A DNA stretch of 64,000 bases from a virus, in IMG/VR virus record IMGVR_UViG_3300045988_148533, positions 39,304 through 103,303 of that record; one strand, 5' to 3'. Positions within the stretch are counted from its first letter, which is position 1, and every line of letters starts with the position of its first letter. Below the pieces are notes generated by a model. That model ran no database searches. It had not been told where the DNA came from and was given only the letters and a program-made list of their open reading frames with translations. This document shows positions 60,867 to 64,000 of the stretch, piece after piece. The translations under genes were made by a program, and so were the position numbers.

Positions 60867-63221
60867 TTATCCCTTTTTAGTAATTTCTACATTAACAGTT
60901 GTCACACCACTGCTGCCTGTTGCAGGATTCAATTCAGCCCAATCCTCACTGTAACTTTCAACTTCCCACTTTTTATTTGAAGTAATTGAAAGCTGCTTAG
61001 AAGCACCGTCAGCAGCAATAGTTATCTTATCCGTGGACAGTGTAAGCACCGGAGTCAATTCAAATACTGCCTGAACGTCAATATCATGGTCAGTTATATT
61101 GTAATCCAAAGGATTATCCTGTGAAGTAAAGCTATCAGTAGGAATAACCCACTTAATAAATGTGTAACCGCTTGCAGGTGTAGCAGTAAGAACTATATCC
61201 GTATAAGGCAGACGACTACCGCTTACTTTTGCACTTCCCCAGCTGCTTTCCTCAAGAATGGTAAAGTTTACGTCCATAGGAATGTTCATAACAACATCAA
61301 CCCTCTTGTCACCATCAATAGTGATACTTCCCTTATGAACTATTCCCTTCGCTGTAATGGTATATTGAACTGTTATACCGTTACGGATATCAAACCTAAG
61401 ATATCCAGCCTCATCCGTCTTAGCCTTGAAACCATTACTAAGGGAAATCTCAGCCCCCTCAATAGGAGCACCGTCCAATTCCCTTGTCAAGTAGAATGTA
61501 AGGAATCTCGTTAGACGCTCAGTAAGCTGTATCCACTTATATTTCACGATATTCTTGTAACTTACAAGATATCTTCTAACAAATTCCTCTATATCTTGCT
61601 GTGTACGTGCAGAACGAATAACAGAATACATCGCTATAACATTCTTCTGCCCCAGATAGCCCTGAGAAAACGGCAGCTCAAGAGGCTTCATTGTCACTCC
61701 AGCTATTATTATATCTGCAACATCACTGCTTCTATCCTGAACTATATAGGGAGCCATATACTTTACATCTCCTATGAATCTTAGAGGTCGACCCCCTTCA
61801 AAATTCAAGTACAGCCCCTCGTCCTTCTCCTCCGTTAGATTGTACACAATACCTCTCAGTCGGTAGTACAGACCTGGAATCTTGCAGGGGCTGTGATACC
61901 CCTCTGTATCAAAAAAGCTGTTTGATTCTCTAAAGTCAGTTATTCTGACCTGTGTTATCTGGTTCAAATTGGCATCAAAGCACTGTATTCCAAAGTCTAT
62001 GTTCTGTGGCCTTGAATCCCGTGCCTGTACCCATACTGTAATCTCATAGTCCATGCCATAGTACACCTCCATCAACTTACTCTTATCCACCTCAGAAGAA
62101 ATTCCACTCACACCACTGCCAACAAGCTGAAACACATAGATATTATTCACAAATTTTCGTGTAACATCCCCTACAATAGGATAATTCTTCTCGGGGCCGA
62201 CTCCAATGGAAATAGCTTCCAAAAATTCCGCAGGCACATCCTCACCGACATACAGCTGCCACGGATATTCAGTAATAATACTAATATTCTGTGTAGTACC
62301 CTCCTTTGGAAGAGTCACCTCCTCATCAGAAAATCCAAGTGCGTCATCATTGACAACACCTGCATAGTCAATTCCATAGTCATAGCCCTTGCTCACAGCA
62401 TTGACAGTCTCCGTGCCGAACCACGTAGGAGAAGACCACCCGAGACACCACCCAACATCCTGAGGGGCAAGTCTGCCAAAAATAAACTCATTCGGCTTAG
62501 TGTACCCCACCAGCCTCCTAAGCTCCCCCTCAAGAGTACCCCCTGTATCAGCTATCTGCTCAGTACCCCTCTTGCTAAATTCATAAATCCAGTTGTTAAA
62601 CAGCCATTTCCTCTGCTCTAAGGTATCAACATTCTCATACACAAGCCCCCACCCCTCAATAAATGCCTTCATTAATGCCTCACTATTTTCAAGCTGTCTG
62701 AACTGTCTGGCATACAGTACAATATATGCAAAATAATGTGTAACAGCCAAGAAGAAAGCATTAAAGTCCTCAGCATTATCTCTTTTAACAAAAGTAGGGA
62801 GAATTCCGGGTTCAAACAGCTTTTCCAGAACATTCAAAGCCCACGCGACCACATTCACATCATTGCTCTCAAAAAACTGACTGAATACCGTCTTACTGTA
62901 TATGCTGCTGTTCTTAGGTATCGAATTTATGTCTAAAACTGCTCTATTTTTAACCTTATTGGCTGTAACAGGTACATAGTTCAGTACGGTATTGTAAGTC
63001 CCCCTAATCGTGGATAAGGAGTGAATAACCGCATCTGTAACCTCAGTCCAGTCAGTATAGGTAACTCCACCGTCAAGCGAATACCGCATTATACCACCTA
63101 CTTCGTGAATAATGCTCCGAAGCACTGAAGTAGTACCGGATATAGGCAGCACCGTCGTGGATACCTCATACCCCTTACCAACCCCCTGATAGTATTTAAC
63201 CCCTATTTTCGCCATTTTCAT
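60867..63221 (-). CDS. tail fibre / receptor-binding-type protein with CarboxypepD_reg-like, Listeria/Bacteroides-repeat-like and C-terminal BACON-like domains
   Basis: - LDGAPIEGAEISLSNGFKAKTDEAGYLRF.
- ASGYTFIKWVIP.
- C-terminal LTLSTDKITIAADGASKQLSITSNKKWEVESYSEDWAELNPATGSSGVTTVNVEI. Confidence 0.5.
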   Translation of the reverse strand: MKMAKIGVKYYQGVGKGYEVSTTVLPISGTTSVLRSIIHEVGGIMRYSLDGGVTYTDWTEVTDAVIHSLSTIRGTYNTVLNYVPVTANKVKNRAVLDINSIPKNSSIYSKTVFSQFFESNDVNVVAWALNVLEKLFEPGILPTFVKRDNAEDFNAFFLAVTHYFAYIVLYARQFRQLENSEALMKAFIEGWGLVYENVDTLEQRKWLFNNWIYEFSKRGTEQIADTGGTLEGELRRLVGYTKPNEFIFGRLAPQDVGWCLGWSSPTWFGTETVNAVSKGYDYGIDYAGVVNDDALGFSDEEVTLPKEGTTQNISIITEYPWQLYVGEDVPAEFLEAISIGVGPEKNYPIVGDVTRKFVNNIYVFQLVGSGVSGISSEVDKSKLMEVYYGMDYEITVWVQARDSRPQNIDFGIQCFDANLNQITQVRITDFRESNSFFDTEGYHSPCKIPGLYYRLRGIVYNLTEEKDEGLYLNFEGGRPLRFIGDVKYMAPYIVQDRSSDVADIIIAGVTMKPLELPFSQGYLGQKNVIAMYSVIRSARTQQDIEEFVRRYLVSYKNIVKYKWIQLTERLTRFLTFYLTRELDGAPIEGAEISLSNGFKAKTDEAGYLRFDIRNGITVQYTITAKGIVHKGSITIDGDKRVDVVMNIPMDVNFTILEESSWGSAKVSGSRLPYTDIVLTATPASGYTFIKWVIPTDSFTSQDNPLDYNITDHDIDVQAVFELTPVLTLSTDKITIAADGASKQLSITSNKKWEVESYSEDWAELNPATGSSGVTTVNVEITKKG

Positions 63222-63684
63222 TCAATATTGTTATGAATACCTCCTTCCCTGCATCAATAGCACCCTTGACAATCTTCTTTACATTTCTCGAAGCTACAAA
63301 CTGTCCACTCAACCGTTCCCTATTCGGCACTCTTGTGCCGACAAGAATACACCCCTCCGTATGTTCCACTGTTGCTCCGGCATGAATCAGTATGCCTGTA
63401 AAATGAGGCACATTCTCAAGTGCTGGATACATCTTGCCATATCTCGGACTGTATCTATACACAACCCTATACCTCCCAATCGGGATACACGTCTCACCAT
63501 AGACTTTCTCAGGACACTTACAGTTCTGCCCCTTTGAAGTATAGGGGCACTGCAATGGCAGTCTGCGATATGTATCTTCAAGTGTATCACAGATAAACTT
63601 ATTTCCCTCCATAAAATACAGCTTTCCAATCGTTGCTGACTTGGAGAAATAACTTCTTATAAGTTTCAATTCAAGTGTTTCCAT
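63196..63684 (-). CDS. conserved phage protein with YkuD-like H...GC motif (DUF5675-like); start trimmed to METLELK
   Basis: ATIGKLYFMEGNKFICDTLED ... CIPIGRYRV ... GILIHAGATVEHTEGCILVG. Confidence 0.4.
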   Translation of the reverse strand: METLELKLIRSYFSKSATIGKLYFMEGNKFICDTLEDTYRRLPLQCPYTSKGQNCKCPEKVYGETCIPIGRYRVVYRYSPRYGKMYPALENVPHFTGILIHAGATVEHTEGCILVGTRVPNRERLSGQFVASRNVKKIVKGAIDAGKEVFITILNENGENRG

Positions 63685-63688
63685 GACA

Positions 63689-64000
63689 TCAATTGTTAGA
63701 AGGATAAAACACTGGGGAAAACTGGTCCTCGGAGTCAAACATCACATTACCCTCCAAATCTCTCATAATGAATTTCTTAACACGAGGAAGCATGAACTCT
63801 GATACTGTCTCATCATAATTCGGCTTGAACCATTCCGAAGCCACATAACGAACACCCTCCGTATTCTTAACAATATCCAACAGGTCATCCCACTCAACCT
63901 TGCTCCCAGCCTCCCAGTACCTAAAGTCCAGATACTTTGTTATTCCAACCTGTATATTCTTACGTACATCAGCGGTATTATACCCTGCCTCCAGCTCACA
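63689..64000 (-). CDS. hypothetical protein, 5-prime truncated by window end
   Basis: Hand translation shows the frame is open from the window edge (…ELEAGYNTADVRKNIQVGITKYLDFRYWEAGSKVEWDDLLDIVKN…) to the stop at 63689. The start in the track is a TTG inside this frame. Confidence 0.5.
   Translation of the reverse strand, partial: CELEAGYNTADVRKNIQVGITKYLDFRYWEAGSKVEWDDLLDIVKNTEGVRYVASEWFKPNYDETVSEFMLPRVKKFIMRDLEGNVMFDSEDQFSPVFYPSNN

Noticed and set aside
1-64000. Stop-codon reassignment (TAG or TGA recoding), as seen in some gut phages.
   Set aside because: Long conserved genes (groEL, nrdJ, ligA, rad50-like, terL exteins and fibre genes) are uninterrupted under the standard code.

Overview
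This 64-kb window is a segment of a large tailed dsDNA bacteriophage, almost certainly one infecting a member of Bacteroidota. The host call rests on TTTG-N19-21-TAnnTTTG type promoters, A-rich leaders without Shine-Dalgarno sequences, and BACON-like and Listeria/Bacteroides-repeat-like domains in structural proteins. Every gene except one (19..654, +) lies on the minus strand, tightly packed with many 4-26 nt overlaps.

In transcription order (high to low coordinates) the modules are:
- Tail-fibre-like structural genes (64000-58900).
- HNH endonuclease, DnaQ-like exonuclease, and a large terminase carrying two inteins (58319-53557).
- DnaB-like helicase, DnaG-like primase and dUTPase.
- A nucleotide block with a divergent ThyA-family enzyme, an aGPT-Pplase-like protein, a stand-alone P-loop kinase, an HD nucleotidase and a dNMP kinase. 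This is a candidate thymidine-hypermodification pathway.
- A Pol III alpha (dnaE) gene interrupted at its catalytic DxD motif by an intron-like element of about 1.1 kb carrying a GIY-YIG homing endonuclease.
- An Mre11/Rad50/RecA/RuvC recombination block.
- A zeta-toxin-like kinase, NAD ligase, SNF2 helicase, RNase H, UvrD-like helicase, class II RNR, GroEL, Dps and an ECF-type sigma factor.
- A 1.4-kb non-coding iteron-rich region, a candidate origin.
- A long run of small hypothetical genes interspersed with HU, an HAD phosphatase, a GH73 endolysin and a unimolecular-spanin candidate.

A conserved promoter cassette of about 60 bp recurs at least 7 times, plus 3 degenerate copies. I found no rRNA, tRNA or CRISPR array. 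All functional names come from motif recognition by eye; no database search, HMM or folding program was run, and splice and intein boundaries are hand-derived.
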